A stretch of DNA of 64,000 nt from Escherichia coli (GCF_024502345.1 NZ_JALDNN010000001.1); one strand, 5' to 3'. Shown: positions 52,310 to 63,833, counted from the first letter of the stretch. A program made the numbers and translations. Notes: generated by a model not told the origin, from the letters alone.

Positions 52310-53626
52310 ATGGAGACAACCATGCACGCGCGTTCAGCGAGAGAAATTAATCAATGCTACCGGACATTACGTCCGCGATTGCTGATGTGCATGATTATTG
52401 GCTACGCCGCATTTTATCTGACGCGAAAAAGCGTGAATTACGTCCTTCCGGCGCTACAAACCGACCTCGGACTGGATAAAGGCGACATTGGCCTGCTGGG
52501 TTCGCTGTTTTATCTCAGCTACGGATTGTCGAAATTTACCGCCGGACTGTGGCATGACAGCCATGGACAACGCGGTTTTATGGGCGTCGGCTTGTTCGCC
52601 ACCGGGTTATTGAACGTGGTGTTTGCCTTTGGCGAATCACTTACGCTTCTGCTTGTGGTCTGGACACTGAACGGTTTTTTTCAGGGCTGGGGATGGCCAC
52701 CGTGTGCCCGCTTGCTGACCCACTGGTACTCACGCAATGAGCGCGGTTTCTGGTGGGGCTGCTGGAATATGTCGATCAACATTGGCGGAGCGATTATTCC
52801 GCTGATTAGCGCCTTTGCCGCCCACTGGTGGGGCTGGCAGGCCGCGATGCTGACACCGGGGATAATCAGCATGGCATTAGGGATCTGGTTAACGCTACAA
52901 CTCAAAGGCACGCCCCAGGAAGAGGGATTACCGACAGTTGGTCACTGGCGTCACGATCCGCTGGAGTTACGTCAGGAACAACAAAGTCCGCCGATGGGGC
53001 TGTGGCAAATGTTGCGCACCACCATGCTGCAAAATCCGCTGATCTGGCTACTGGGCGTCTCTTATGTACTGGTTTATGTGATCCGGATTGCGCTTAACGA
53101 CTGGGGCAATATCTGGCTGACGGAAAGCCACGGTGTCAACCTGCTCAGCGCCAACGCCACGGTAATGCTGTTTGAAGTGGGCGGCTTACTCGGCGCGTTA
53201 TTTGCCGGATGGGGATCGGATTTGCTGTTTAGCGGGCAACGAGCGCCAATGATTTTGCTGTTCACGTTGGGGTTGATGGTGTCAGTCGCCGCACTGTGGC
53301 TGGCACCGGTTCATCACTACGCTCTGCTGGCAGTGTGCTTTTTTACCGTGGGCTTTTTCGTCTTTGGCCCACAAATGCTGATTGGACTTGCGGCGGTGGA
53401 GTGTGGGCACAAAGCTGCGGCGGGTTCAATCACCGGATTTCTCGGCCTGTTCGCTTACCTTGGCGCGGCGCTGGCAGGCTGGCCGCTGTCGCTGGTCATC
53501 GAACGCTACGGCTGGCCGGGAATGTTCAGTTTACTCTCGGTCGCCGCAGTACTTATGGGTTTACTGCTGATGCCGTTACTGATGGCGGGCATCACCACCA
53601 CTCACGCTCGAAGGATAAAACAATGA
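52310..53626 (+). CDS. UhpC-like MFS membrane protein (putative sugar-phosphate sensor)
   Basis: Track ORF 438 aa; organophosphate:Pi antiporter-type MFS motifs (YLTRKS, FFQGWGWPPCARLLTHWYS), similar in length and sequence to recalled UhpC. Confidence 0.8.
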   Translation: METTMHARSAREINQCYRTLRPRLLMCMIIGYAAFYLTRKSVNYVLPALQTDLGLDKGDIGLLGSLFYLSYGLSKFTAGLWHDSHGQRGFMGVGLFATGLLNVVFAFGESLTLLLVVWTLNGFFQGWGWPPCARLLTHWYSRNERGFWWGCWNMSINIGGAIIPLISAFAAHWWGWQAAMLTPGIISMALGIWLTLQLKGTPQEEGLPTVGHWRHDPLELRQEQQSPPMGLWQMLRTTMLQNPLIWLLGVSYVLVYVIRIALNDWGNIWLTESHGVNLLSANATVMLFEVGGLLGALFAGWGSDLLFSGQRAPMILLFTLGLMVSVAALWLAPVHHYALLAVCFFTVGFFVFGPQMLIGLAAVECGHKAAAGSITGFLGLFAYLGAALAGWPLSLVIERYGWPGMFSLLSVAAVLMGLLLMPLLMAGITTTHARRIKQ

Positions 53627-54654
53627 AAATGACCTTTACCTCTACTCTGATTGCTTCTGCCGTTGCGCTGGCGACTTTAACGGGTGCCGCGCAGGCAAAA
53701 GGCCGGCTGGTGGTCTATTGCAGCGCCACCAATGAAATGTGTGAGGCCGAAACCAAAGCGTTTGGCGAGAAATATGATGTAAAAACCTCGTTTATCCGCA
53801 ACGGTTCCGGAAGCACCCTGGCAAAAGTCGATGCTGAAAAGAAAAACCCCCAGGCTGACGTCTGGTACGGCGGCACTTTAGACCCGCAATCGCAGGCTGG
53901 CGAGATGGGCCTGCTACAGGCGTATAAATCCCCTAACCTTGAGCAGATCATGGAGAAATTCCGCGATCCGGCAAAAGTGAAAGGGAATCTGTCCTCTGCC
54001 GTTTATGTGGGGATCCTCGGTTTTGGCGTAAACACCGATCGTCTGAAAGAGAAAAACCTGCCGGTGCCGAAGTGCTGGAAAGATCTCACCAAACCGGAAT
54101 ATAAAGGCGAAATTCAAATTGCCGATCCGCAAAGTTCCGGTACTGCCTACACCGCCCTGGCTACTTTTGCGCAGCTGTGGGGGGAAGATCAGGCCTTTGA
54201 TTATCTAAAACAACTGAACGCCAACGTCTCTCAGTACACCAAATCAGGCATAGCCCCGGCACGTAACGCCGCCCGTGGCGAAACGGCGATTGGTATTGGC
54301 TTCCTGCATGACTACTCGCTGGAAAAAGAACAGGGCGCGCCGCTGGAGTTGATTTCCCCGTGTGAAGGTACGGGCTACGAAATTGGCGGCGTCAGCATTC
54401 TGAAAGGCGCGCGCAACCTCGACAACGCCAAACTGTTTGTGGACTGGGTATTATCAAAAGAAGCTCAGGAACTGGCGTGGAAGAAAGGGAAGTCTTATCA
54501 GATCCTGACCAATACCACCGCCGAAACGTCGCCAAATTCGCTGAAGCTCGACGACCTGAAATTAATCAACTACGACATGGATAAATATGGTTCCACGGAT
54601 GTTCGTAAGGCATTGATTAATAAATGGGTCAGCGAAGTGAAGATGGGTAAATAA
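53623..54654 (+). CDS. afuA: AfuA/FbpA-type periplasmic substrate-binding protein of an ABC importer
   Basis: In-frame ATG at 53623 within track ORF 53296..54654 gives 343 aa with signal peptide MKMTFTSTLIASAVALATLTGAAQA; ATG overlaps the stop of the UhpC-like gene (ATGA). Confidence 0.8.
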   Translation: MKMTFTSTLIASAVALATLTGAAQAKGRLVVYCSATNEMCEAETKAFGEKYDVKTSFIRNGSGSTLAKVDAEKKNPQADVWYGGTLDPQSQAGEMGLLQAYKSPNLEQIMEKFRDPAKVKGNLSSAVYVGILGFGVNTDRLKEKNLPVPKCWKDLTKPEYKGEIQIADPQSSGTAYTALATFAQLWGEDQAFDYLKQLNANVSQYTKSGIAPARNAARGETAIGIGFLHDYSLEKEQGAPLELISPCEGTGYEIGGVSILKGARNLDNAKLFVDWVLSKEAQELAWKKGKSYQILTNTTAETSPNSLKLDDLKLINYDMDKYGSTDVRKALINKWVSEVKMGK

Positions 54655-54722
54655 ACCCGCATTAGGCGTATTTGCCGGGTGCAGCACAAACGCCTGCCCC
54701 GGCCAACCATACCGGAACTACT

Positions 54723-56801
54723 ATGTCACAGACACTTGCACTCCATCCCGTGAAAAAGCGGGATGCGATTTTCCTTTGGGTTTTACTGGGCTGGCTGGCA
54801 TTTATACTGTTGCCGAGCTGGAGCCTCGATTATGGCCTGCTGGAGTCCACGAGTGATGAGATCCTCGAGGCTTATGGCTGGTCGCATTTTAATATCAGCT
54901 GGCTGTGGTATTTACTCCCGAGCCTGTTGCTGGTTCGCCCGTTTCGTGAGGCCACGCGCGAACAGCGTAGTCGTCATTATTTTGATGCCAGCTGGGCATT
55001 GCTCTGTATGGCGTTTATCGTCATCAGCGCCACCGTGGCTGGACGCGGTTTAGGCTACGCCGCCATCGTGCTGTTTGTTGAACTAGGCGCGATTATGACG
55101 CTGGCCTTAACCCGCCTCGAATGGCTGGGCGGCGACCGCTTCGTGATCGGCTCACTGATTGCGATTGTGGCGCTGATTGGCATTTTTATCGTCTGGCCGA
55201 GCATCGCCATTTTTATCCCGATGTTCACCAACGACGCGGGAGAGTTCGCCCCGCTGGCGTTTATGACCGTGCTCTCGCAGGCACATATTGTTCAGGTGAT
55301 CGTCAACTCTATCGTCTTGTCGATAGCGGTGGGGATAGGCTGTACTTTCTTCGGCCTGGTGCTGGCGATTTATACCACGCGCATCGCTAAACGCAGCGCC
55401 ATTATTGGTCGCATCTTTTCCATTTTGCCCATCGTTACGCCACCGTTTGTGGTCGGCTTAGGCGTGACGCTCATGATGGGGCGCTCCGGCTATGTTACGG
55501 AATTTATGGTGGAGTGGTTTGGGCTGACCAACACCAACTGGCTGTACGGTTTTACCGGGATCTGGCTGGCACAGGTTCTGGCATTCACGCCAATGGCATT
55601 TATGATCCTCGACGGGGCCATTAAAACCATTCATCCCTCGCTGGAAGAGGCCTCCTACACCCTGCGCGCCAGCCGCTGGCAAACCTTTAACGGCGTGTTT
55701 GTGCCGTTGTTGAAGCCCGCACTCGCCAATGCCTTTTTAATCGTCGTGGTACAGTCACTGGCTGATTTCAGTAACCCGCTGGTACTTGGCGGTAACTTCG
55801 ACGTACTGGCGACGCAAATTTACTTCTATATTACCGGCTCGCAGCTGGATTATCAGGCCGCCAGCACGCTTGGCGCTTTCCTGCTGCTGTTCTCGCTGCT
55901 GGTGTTCTGCATCCAGTATATGTGGATTGGTAAACGCTCTTACGTCACGGTTTCCGGCAAATCCTACCGTGGCGACGTCCAGCCGCTACCGGTCACCCTG
56001 GTGTGGAGCGTGGTCGCCATACTTGCGATATGGATTGCCTTTAACGCCCTGCTCTACGGCAGCATTTTCTACGGCAGCTTCACGGTGAACTGGGGCGTGG
56101 ACTACACCCTGACGCTGGATAACTTTATCAAGCTATTTGGTCAGGGAATGAGCGACGGCGCGTGGCCTTCACTGCTGGATACCCTGCTCTACGCCGGGAT
56201 TGCCGCTCCCATTACCGCTATCTTTGGCCTGCTCATCGCCTGGGTGGTGGTGCGTCAACAATTCAAAGGCAAAAAGACCATCGAGTTCACCACCATGCTG
56301 TGCTTTGCCGTACCGGGTACGGTGGCGGGCGTTTCGTATATTCTTGCCTTTAACAGCGCTCCGGTTTATCTCACCGGAACGGCGGCAATTGTGATTATCT
56401 CGATGGTGATGCGTAACGTTCCGGTGGGTATTCGCGCCGGGATTGCGGGTCTGGGGCAGATCGACAAATCGCTGGATGAAGCCTCACTCAGCCTGCGCGC
56501 GGGTTCCTTGCGAACCATAACCCACATTTTACTGCCGCTGCTGCGTCCGGCCATTCTCTCGGCCCTGATCTACAGCTTTGTGCGGGCCATCACGACGGTC
56601 AGCGCCATCGTCTTTCTCGTCACGCCGGACACCCGCGTGGCAACCGCCTACATTCTTAACCGCGTTGAAGACGGCGAATATGGCGTAGCCATCGCCTATG
56701 GTTCGATTCTGATCGTGGTGATGCTGGCGATTATTTTCCTCTTTGACTGGCTGATCGGAGAAGCTCGTATCTCCCGTTCTAAAGCCAAAAACAAGGCGTA
56801 A
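54723..56801 (+). CDS. afuB: AfuB/FbpB-type ABC permease with two fused transmembrane domains
   Basis: Track ORF 54672..56801 starts at a TTG; first ATG at 54723 (MSQTLALHP...) gives about 692 aa; duplicated ABC permease modules; the alternative start at 54672 cannot be excluded. Confidence 0.8.
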   Translation: MSQTLALHPVKKRDAIFLWVLLGWLAFILLPSWSLDYGLLESTSDEILEAYGWSHFNISWLWYLLPSLLLVRPFREATREQRSRHYFDASWALLCMAFIVISATVAGRGLGYAAIVLFVELGAIMTLALTRLEWLGGDRFVIGSLIAIVALIGIFIVWPSIAIFIPMFTNDAGEFAPLAFMTVLSQAHIVQVIVNSIVLSIAVGIGCTFFGLVLAIYTTRIAKRSAIIGRIFSILPIVTPPFVVGLGVTLMMGRSGYVTEFMVEWFGLTNTNWLYGFTGIWLAQVLAFTPMAFMILDGAIKTIHPSLEEASYTLRASRWQTFNGVFVPLLKPALANAFLIVVVQSLADFSNPLVLGGNFDVLATQIYFYITGSQLDYQAASTLGAFLLLFSLLVFCIQYMWIGKRSYVTVSGKSYRGDVQPLPVTLVWSVVAILAIWIAFNALLYGSIFYGSFTVNWGVDYTLTLDNFIKLFGQGMSDGAWPSLLDTLLYAGIAAPITAIFGLLIAWVVVRQQFKGKKTIEFTTMLCFAVPGTVAGVSYILAFNSAPVYLTGTAAIVIISMVMRNVPVGIRAGIAGLGQIDKSLDEASLSLRAGSLRTITHILLPLLRPAILSALIYSFVRAITTVSAIVFLVTPDTRVATAYILNRVEDGEYGVAIAYGSILIVVMLAIIFLFDWLIGEARISRSKAKNKA

Positions 56802-57859
56802 TGGAGCGCACTATGAGTCAGAAAAATTTTGTTGAACTGCGCAACGTCACTAAACGATTCGGCAGTAATACGGTTATCGACAATATCAATCTCACCATTC
56901 CACAAGGGCAAATGGTGACGCTGCTCGGTCCTTCCGGCTGTGGCAAAACCACCATTTTGCGTCTGGTTGCCGGGCTGGAAAAACCGAGCGAAGGGCAAAT
57001 TTTTATTGATGGCGAAGATGTCACGCATCGTTCCATTCAACAGCGCGATATCTGCATGGTGTTTCAGTCATACGCTCTGTTCCCGCATATGTCGCTGGGT
57101 GAAAACGTTGGCTACGGGCTGAAGATGCTTGGCGTCTCGCGTAGCGAAGTGAAACAGCGGGTGAAGGAGGCGCTGGCAATGGTGGATCTGGAAGGCTTCG
57201 AGGACCGCTATGTCGATCAGATTTCCGGTGGTCAGCAACAGCGTGTGGCACTGGCCCGCGCGTTGATCCTCAAGCCAAAGGTGCTGCTGTTTGATGAGCC
57301 GTTAAGTAACCTCGATGCCAACCTGCGCCGCAGTATGCGCGATAAGATCCGCGAGCTGCAAAAGCAGTTTAATATCACGTCGCTCTACGTCACTCACGAT
57401 CAAAGTGAAGCTTTCGCGGTGTCCGACACTGTGCTGGTGATGAATAAAGGTCACATCATGCAGATTGGCTCACCGCAGGATCTCTATCGTCAGCCAGCCT
57501 CCCGATTTATGGCAAGTTTTATGGGCGACGCCAACCTGTTCCCGGCGAACTTTAGCGAAGAGTATGTCGATATCTACGGTTATCGCCTGCCGCGCGCGGC
57601 GCATTTCCCGGCGCAAGGTAGCGGCACCGTCGGCGTTCGCCCGGAAGCCATCACCTTAAGCAATCACGGCGAAGAGAGTCAGCGTTGTGTTATTCGCCAT
57701 GTCGCCTACATGGGGCCGCAGTACGAAGTGACCGTAGAGTGGCATGGACAGGAGATTTTATTACAAGTAAACGCCACCCGTTTACAGCCCGATATTGGTG
57801 AGCACTATTACCTCGAAATCCATCCTTACGGGATGTTTGTTTTAGCGGATACGGCATAA
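56801..57859 (+). CDS. afuC: AfuC/FbpC-type ABC transporter ATP-binding protein
   Basis: Track ORF 352 aa; Walker [10 protein letters not shown], signature [14 protein letters not shown], Walker [11 protein letters not shown]-terminal TOBE-like regulatory domain; ATG overlaps the afuB stop (TAATG); a start at 56813 with a GGAG RBS is also possible. Confidence 0.85.
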   Translation: MERTMSQKNFVELRNVTKRFGSNTVIDNINLTIPQGQMVTLLGPSGCGKTTILRLVAGLEKPSEGQIFIDGEDVTHRSIQQRDICMVFQSYALFPHMSLGENVGYGLKMLGVSRSEVKQRVKEALAMVDLEGFEDRYVDQISGGQQQRVALARALILKPKVLLFDEPLSNLDANLRRSMRDKIRELQKQFNITSLYVTHDQSEAFAVSDTVLVMNKGHIMQIGSPQDLYRQPASRFMASFMGDANLFPANFSEEYVDIYGYRLPRAAHFPAQGSGTVGVRPEAITLSNHGEESQRCVIRHVAYMGPQYEVTVEWHGQEILLQVNATRLQPDIGEHYYLEIHPYGMFVLADTA

Positions 57860-57873
57860 AAATAGCACATAAA

Positions 57874-57900
57874 CGGTCCCCATCTGTCTTGAGGGACCGT
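57874..57900 (+). terminator. possible terminator hairpin after afuC
   Basis: GGTCCC-N12-GGGACC stem-loop 15 bp after the afuC stop; no strong T-tract. Confidence 0.4.
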
Positions 57901-57943
57901 TCACCTGGTTAGGCTTCGGACAACAATTATTCTCCAGTGTTAT

Positions 57944-57992
57944 ATACTATAGGGGGGTATGTATTGACATATAGCATACCCCCCTATAGTAT
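57944..57992 (+). promoter_or_regulatory. frmRAB promoter/operator: long inverted repeat with G6/C6 tracts
   Basis: ATACTATAGGGGGGTATG-(12 bp with TTGACA)-CATACCCCCCTATAGTAT, near-perfect 18-bp arms 27 bp upstream of the frmR ATG; matches the TACT-G6-N-AGTA type RcnR/FrmR operator. Confidence 0.75.
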
Positions 57993-58018
57993 ATTGCGTG
58001 CAGATGATGAGGTGCGAA

Positions 58019-58294
58019 ATGCCCAGTACTCCGGAAGAGAAGAAAAAGGTCCTTACTCGAGTTCGTCGTATTCGGGGGCAGATTGATGCTCTGGAACGGT
58101 CGCTGGAGGGTGATGCCGAATGCCGTGCCATACTCCAACAGATCGCTGCCGTTCGGGGCGCGGCTAACGGGCTGATGGCAGAAGTGCTTGAAAGCCATAT
58201 CCGGGAAACGTTTGACCGAAATGACTGCTACAGCCGCGAAGTCAGCCAATCCGTTGACGACACTATTGAACTGGTTCGAGCCTATCTTAAATAG
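58019..58294 (+). CDS. frmR: formaldehyde-responsive repressor FrmR (CsoR/RcnR family)
   Basis: Track ORF 57998..58294; recognised N-terminus [31 protein letters not shown] gives 91 aa. Confidence 0.9.
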
Positions 58295-58298
58295 CTGA

Positions 58299-59438
<1,140 letters not shown>

Positions 59439-59530
59439 TTTCCCGCTGGTTTACCCCGTCCACTTCAGACGGGGTTCTTAATACTCTCCCCGGGCAGCCG
59501 TCCGGGGGATTAACCGTGAGATAATGACTG

Positions 59531-60364
59531 ATGGAACTCATTGAAAAACATGCCAGCTTTGGCGGCTGGCAAAATGTGTATCGGCATTATTCCGCATCAC
59601 TGAAATGTGAAATGAATGTCGGCGTCTATCTCCCACCAAAAGCTGCAGGTGAAAAATTACCGGTGCTGTACTGGCTTTCGGGCCTGACCTGCAATGAGCA
59701 GAATTTCATTACTAAATCGGGGGTGCAGCGTTACGCGGCTGAGCACAACATTATTGTTGTTGCGCCGGATACCAGTCCGCGAGGCAGTCATGTCGCAGAT
59801 GCAGACCGTTACGATCTCGGGCAAGGTGCCGGGTTTTACCTGAACGCGACGCAAGCGCCGTGGAATGAACATTACAAAATGTATGACTATATCCGCAACG
59901 AGCTGCCGGATTTAGTGATGCATCATTTTCCGGCAACGGCCAAAAAGTCTATCTCTGGTCATTCTATGGGCGGGCTGGGCGCGCTGGTGCTGGCGTTACG
60001 TAACCCAGATGAATATGCCAGCGTCTCGGCGTTTTCGCCCATTGTCTCCCCATCGCAAGTACCGTGGGGACAGCAAGCCTTTGCTGCATATCTTGGTGAA
60101 AATAAAGATGCCTGGTTGTATTACGACCCGGTGAGTCTTATTTCACAAGGTCAACGCGTTGCGGAAATAATGGTTGATCAGGGGTTGAGTGATGATTTTT
60201 ACGCGGAACAGCTGCGGACTCCAAATCTTGAAAAGATCTGCCAGGAGATGAATATCAAGACGTTAATCCGTTATCACGAGGGTTACGACCACAGCTATTA
60301 TTTTGTCTCCAGTTTTATTGGCGAGCATATTGCCTACCACGCCAATAAACTGAATATGCGTTGA
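59531..60364 (+). CDS. frmB: S-formylglutathione hydrolase
   Basis: Track ORF 277 aa; esterase D family, GHSMGG serine-hydrolase motif. Confidence 0.95.
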   Translation: MELIEKHASFGGWQNVYRHYSASLKCEMNVGVYLPPKAAGEKLPVLYWLSGLTCNEQNFITKSGVQRYAAEHNIIVVAPDTSPRGSHVADADRYDLGQGAGFYLNATQAPWNEHYKMYDYIRNELPDLVMHHFPATAKKSISGHSMGGLGALVLALRNPDEYASVSAFSPIVSPSQVPWGQQAFAAYLGENKDAWLYYDPVSLISQGQRVAEIMVDQGLSDDFYAEQLRTPNLEKICQEMNIKTLIRYHEGYDHSYYFVSSFIGEHIAYHANKLNMR

Positions 60365-60377
60365 TAATAGTGCACGA

Positions 60378-60470
60378 CTGCCGGATGCGGCGTGAACGCC
60401 TTATCCGGCCTACACTTCGCCCATAAACCGTAGGCCTGATAAGACGCGTAAGCGTCGCATCAGGCATCTG
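60378..60470. repeat. REP pair
   Basis: CCGGATGCGGCGTGAACGCCTTATCCGG and GTAGGCCTGATAAGACGCGTAAGCGTCGCATCAGGC between convergent frmB and yaiL. Confidence 0.8.
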
Positions 60471-60488
60471 CGCACGACTTATCTATGT

Positions 60489-61028
60489 TTACCACATCAA
60501 ATCATCAGGCACTTTGAAGTCGGCATACGGGTCGTCTTCATCCTGCTCTTCGGCACTGAGCGCGCTGTGCAACACAATACTGCTGGCATCACGCTGAGCA
60601 ATTTTATCGGCAACGCTGGCGGGAATAATTGCGTATTCACCTTCGCTATTGTTATCGACCAACAAGCGGGCAATCGCCAGACGACCATTAATCAACTGCG
60701 CCTGTGTGAGCTTATCGACAAAAATCTTCTTAATCAGATTGCCGTCAGTGAAATTAAAACCAATATCGCCATTGGCAATGGTGATCCGGTTCATTTCAAT
60801 AAGCTGCTTCACCTGAGCTTTATATTCTTTCGCCAACGCCGCTTGTTTTTGCTGTTCGCTAAGCTGTTTATCACGCTCAAGCTGTGCCTTTTTATTTTCT
60901 TCTACCGCCGCCCGAGCTTCACGCGCCTGAACGCGCGATTTTTTCGCCGTTCTCTCGACCTTCGCCGCTTTTTTGCTGGTGACTAATCCTGCTTTGAGCA
61001 ACTGCTCTTGTAAGGTAAGTTTTGCCAT
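60489..61028 (-). CDS. yaiL: DUF2058-family protein YaiL
   Basis: Track ORF 60489..61145; recognised N-terminus MAKLTLQEQLLKAGLVTSKKAAKVER gives 179 aa. Confidence 0.8.
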   Translation of the reverse strand: MAKLTLQEQLLKAGLVTSKKAAKVERTAKKSRVQAREARAAVEENKKAQLERDKQLSEQQKQAALAKEYKAQVKQLIEMNRITIANGDIGFNFTDGNLIKKIFVDKLTQAQLINGRLAIARLLVDNNSEGEYAIIPASVADKIAQRDASSIVLHSALSAEEQDEDDPYADFKVPDDLMW

Positions 61029-61129
61029 CTTTGTTTCCAAACCCGCTGAATAATTTTTAGCGAGTATACCTGTAAACGCCGTGGGTGTATTGGGGGCAAG
61101 TCCCTTTCGCCCCTGCTTAATAAGGCGCG

Positions 61130-62341
61130 TCAGGCATCGGCACACGGCTGCATTCTTGATCTCCGACTCATCAAAATAAACACCGCCAACCCAGCAACAA
61201 GAATACCCGGTGCAGAAGCGGCCATTACGCCGACCGTGCCAGTGCCTAATGCCAGCATTTTCCCGGCCAGTAACGGACCGCTCATAGCCCCCAGACGCCC
61301 TACCGCCACGGCTGTTCCCACACCTGTTGCGCGGATCTGCGAACTGTAAAACAACGGTGCCAGGGCATATAAAACGCTTTGCCCACCTGTCGCAAACAAC
61401 CCCGCGACAAATCCCGCCAGCAACATACCGTTAAATGACGACACCGTTCCAAGCGCCAGCAGCGAAGCTAACATGCCGCTATAAATCAGTCGCGACATGG
61501 TTACTGGACGCAGCTTATCCATCAATGCGCCCAACATTAACGTCCCGCTTGCCGCCCCCATTTGCAGGGCAAACATCACCCCTGCCGCCTGCGATGGCTG
61601 GAATCCTTGCTCCACCAAAAGTAGCGGTAGCCAGTTGATCAACATATAAACCACCAGCAGAGTGAAGAAATAACACAACCACAGCAGCAGCGTCGCGGTT
61701 GCCGTTTCTGGCGCAAATAAGGCACGCAGTGGTGGCGCAGCCTGTTTTTCGCCAGCGAAAACCGCTGACTCCGGCAGCCAGCGCATTAATAGCGGCACCA
61801 GAATCAACGGCACCACACCACCTACCCAAAACACCGTTTGCCATGCTAAGTTTGCCCCCGCGAAACCCAGTGTCGCCGCCAGCGCCGCGCCAATGGGAAC
61901 ACCGCAATACATCAGGCTCACTGCCGTCCCACGAAAACGTGGACCCGCGGCTTCAGATGTCAGGGCGATAAGATTCGGCAACGCCGCCCCCAGCCCGACA
62001 CCGGTCATCAGCCGCGCAAAGACCAGTGAGGGGAAATCCCAGGCAATCGCCGTTGCCAGTGAGAACAAACCAAACAGCGCAACTGAGCCAATCAAAATAC
62101 GCTTACGACCATAACGGTCTGCCAGCATCCCGCCAACCAACGCGCCGGGTAGCAAACCGAGTATTCCGGCGCTAAATATCCAGCCCATTTGCATTTTATC
62201 GAGTGCGAAAGCCTGGGCGATGCCACCCGCCGCAATGCCAGCCGCCTGAAGATCCAGCCCTTCCATCAGAGCGACCAAAAAACAAAGCCCGATGGTCAGC
62301 ATCAGGCGGGATGAAGATGATGAAGGGGTACGAGTCGACAT
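61130..62341 (-). CDS. mhpT: 3-(3-hydroxyphenyl)propionate MFS transporter MhpT
   Basis: Track ORF 61130..62386; recognised N-terminus MSTRTPSSSSSRLMLTIGLCFLVALMEGLDLQ gives 403 aa; 12-TM MFS. Confidence 0.85.
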   Translation of the reverse strand: MSTRTPSSSSSRLMLTIGLCFLVALMEGLDLQAAGIAAGGIAQAFALDKMQMGWIFSAGILGLLPGALVGGMLADRYGRKRILIGSVALFGLFSLATAIAWDFPSLVFARLMTGVGLGAALPNLIALTSEAAGPRFRGTAVSLMYCGVPIGAALAATLGFAGANLAWQTVFWVGGVVPLILVPLLMRWLPESAVFAGEKQAAPPLRALFAPETATATLLLWLCYFFTLLVVYMLINWLPLLLVEQGFQPSQAAGVMFALQMGAASGTLMLGALMDKLRPVTMSRLIYSGMLASLLALGTVSSFNGMLLAGFVAGLFATGGQSVLYALAPLFYSSQIRATGVGTAVAVGRLGAMSGPLLAGKMLALGTGTVGVMAASAPGILVAGLAVFILMSRRSRMQPCADA

Positions 62342-62432
62342 AAGATGAACCTCATTGCGAGTGCAGGTGAATCGCGACTGATACATTGCCAGCCGCGTAA
62401 TCAGAACTATTTAATGACTGCCTACGGGCAAA

Positions 62433-62780
62433 ATGTAGGCCGGATAAGGCGTTCACGCCGCATCCGGCAGTCGTGTGCAGATGCCTGATGCGACGCTTGC
62501 GCGTCTTATCAGGCCTACAAATTCCCGCGCCATCCGTAGGCCGGACAAGACGTTTGCGCCGCATCTGGCAGTCGTGCGCAGATGCCTGATGCGACGCTAA
62601 CGCGTCTTATCAGGCCTACAAATTCCCGCGCCATCCGTAGGCCGGATAAGGCGTTCACGCCGCATCCGGCAGTCGTGCGCAGATGCCTGATGCGACGCTA
62701 ACGCGTCTTATCAGGCCTACAAATTCTCGCGCCATCCGTAGGCCGGATAAGGCGTTCACGCCGCATCCGGCAGTCGTGCT
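62433..62780. repeat. BIME: array of about seven alternating REP units (about 3.5 tandem doublets of roughly 100 bp)
   Basis: Repeated GTAGGCCGGATAAGGCGTTCACGCCGCATCCGGCAGTCGTG and GATGCCTGATGCGACGCT(A/T)(A/G)CGCGTCTTATCAGGCCTAC units with near-identical copies between mhpT and mhpE. Confidence 0.85.
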
Positions 62781-62819
62781 GGGATGGGCATACAAAATGC
62801 ACGTTCTCGGCAGTCAATA

Positions 62820-63833
62820 TTATTTGTTGTTGCGCAGATCCAGCGCCACGTCGACGATCATATCCTCCTGGCCGCCAACCATCCGGCGTTTGCCCAGCTC
62901 AACGAGAATATCCACCGCGCTTAAGCCATAACGCGCCGCCGCCGTTTCACAGTGACGCAGGAAGCTGGAGTAAACACCAGCATATCCCAGCGCCAGCGTT
63001 TCGCGATCGACTCGTACCGGTCGATCCTGCAACGGACGCACCAGGTCGTCGGCGGCATCCATTAACGCATAGAGATCGGCCCCATGCTGCCAACCCAGTT
63101 TATCCACGGCGGCAATAAATACTTCCAGCGGCGCGTTACCTGCGCCCGCGCCCATTCCCGCGAGGCTGGCGTCGATTCGGTCGCAGCCCTCTTCCACCGC
63201 CGCGATAGAGTTCGCCACGCCAAGACTCAGGTTATGGTGAGCGTGCATGCCAGTTTGCGTTTCTGGTTTCAGCACTGCTTTCAGGGCGCGGAAACGGTCA
63301 CGGATATCGCTCATGTTCATCGCACCGCCAGAATCCACCACATAAATACAGGTCGCACCGTAGCCTTCCATCAGCTTTGCCTGCTTGGCGAGATTCTCCG
63401 GCGTGGTCATATGGCTCATCATCAGAAAACCAACGGTGTCCATTCCGAGTTCGCGGGCATACTGAATATGCTGGGCGGAAACATCAGCTTCGGTACAGTG
63501 CGTAGCCACACGAACCACCCGCGCGCCAGCCTGCCAGGCATTTTTCAGATCGTGAATAGTGCCGATTCCTGGCAGCAACAACGTCGCGATTTTGGCGTGC
63601 TTCACCACATCCGCCGCTGCTTCAATCCATTCAAGGTCGCTATGTGCGCCGAAACCATAGTTAAAGCTGGACCCCTGCAAACCGTCGCCATGGGCCACTT
63701 CAATCGAATCCACGCGGGCATCGTCCAGTGCTTTGGCAATCTGCCGAACATTTTCCAGCGAATACTGATGACGAATGGCGTGCATACCGTCACGCAACGT
63801 GACGTCCGAGATATAAAGTTTTTTACCGTTCAT
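62820..63833 (-). CDS. mhpE: 4-hydroxy-2-oxovalerate aldolase
   Basis: Track ORF 337 aa, [26 protein letters not shown]... Confidence 0.95.
   Translation of the reverse strand: MNGKKLYISDVTLRDGMHAIRHQYSLENVRQIAKALDDARVDSIEVAHGDGLQGSSFNYGFGAHSDLEWIEAAADVVKHAKIATLLLPGIGTIHDLKNAWQAGARVVRVATHCTEADVSAQHIQYARELGMDTVGFLMMSHMTTPENLAKQAKLMEGYGATCIYVVDSGGAMNMSDIRDRFRALKAVLKPETQTGMHAHHNLSLGVANSIAAVEEGCDRIDASLAGMGAGAGNAPLEVFIAAVDKLGWQHGADLYALMDAADDLVRPLQDRPVRVDRETLALGYAGVYSSFLRHCETAAARYGLSAVDILVELGKRRMVGGQEDMIVDVALDLRNNK

Noticed and set aside
50067-57859. Possible mobile element or genomic island with integrase
   Set aside because: No integrase, transposase, IS terminal repeats or tRNA at either junction; reported as a strain-specific gene block, not as a mobile element
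62433-62780. Possible CRISPR array (regular roughly 100-bp repeats)
   Set aside because: Units match the REP/BIME palindromic consensus, the material between them is itself repeated (no unique spacers), and no cas genes are present
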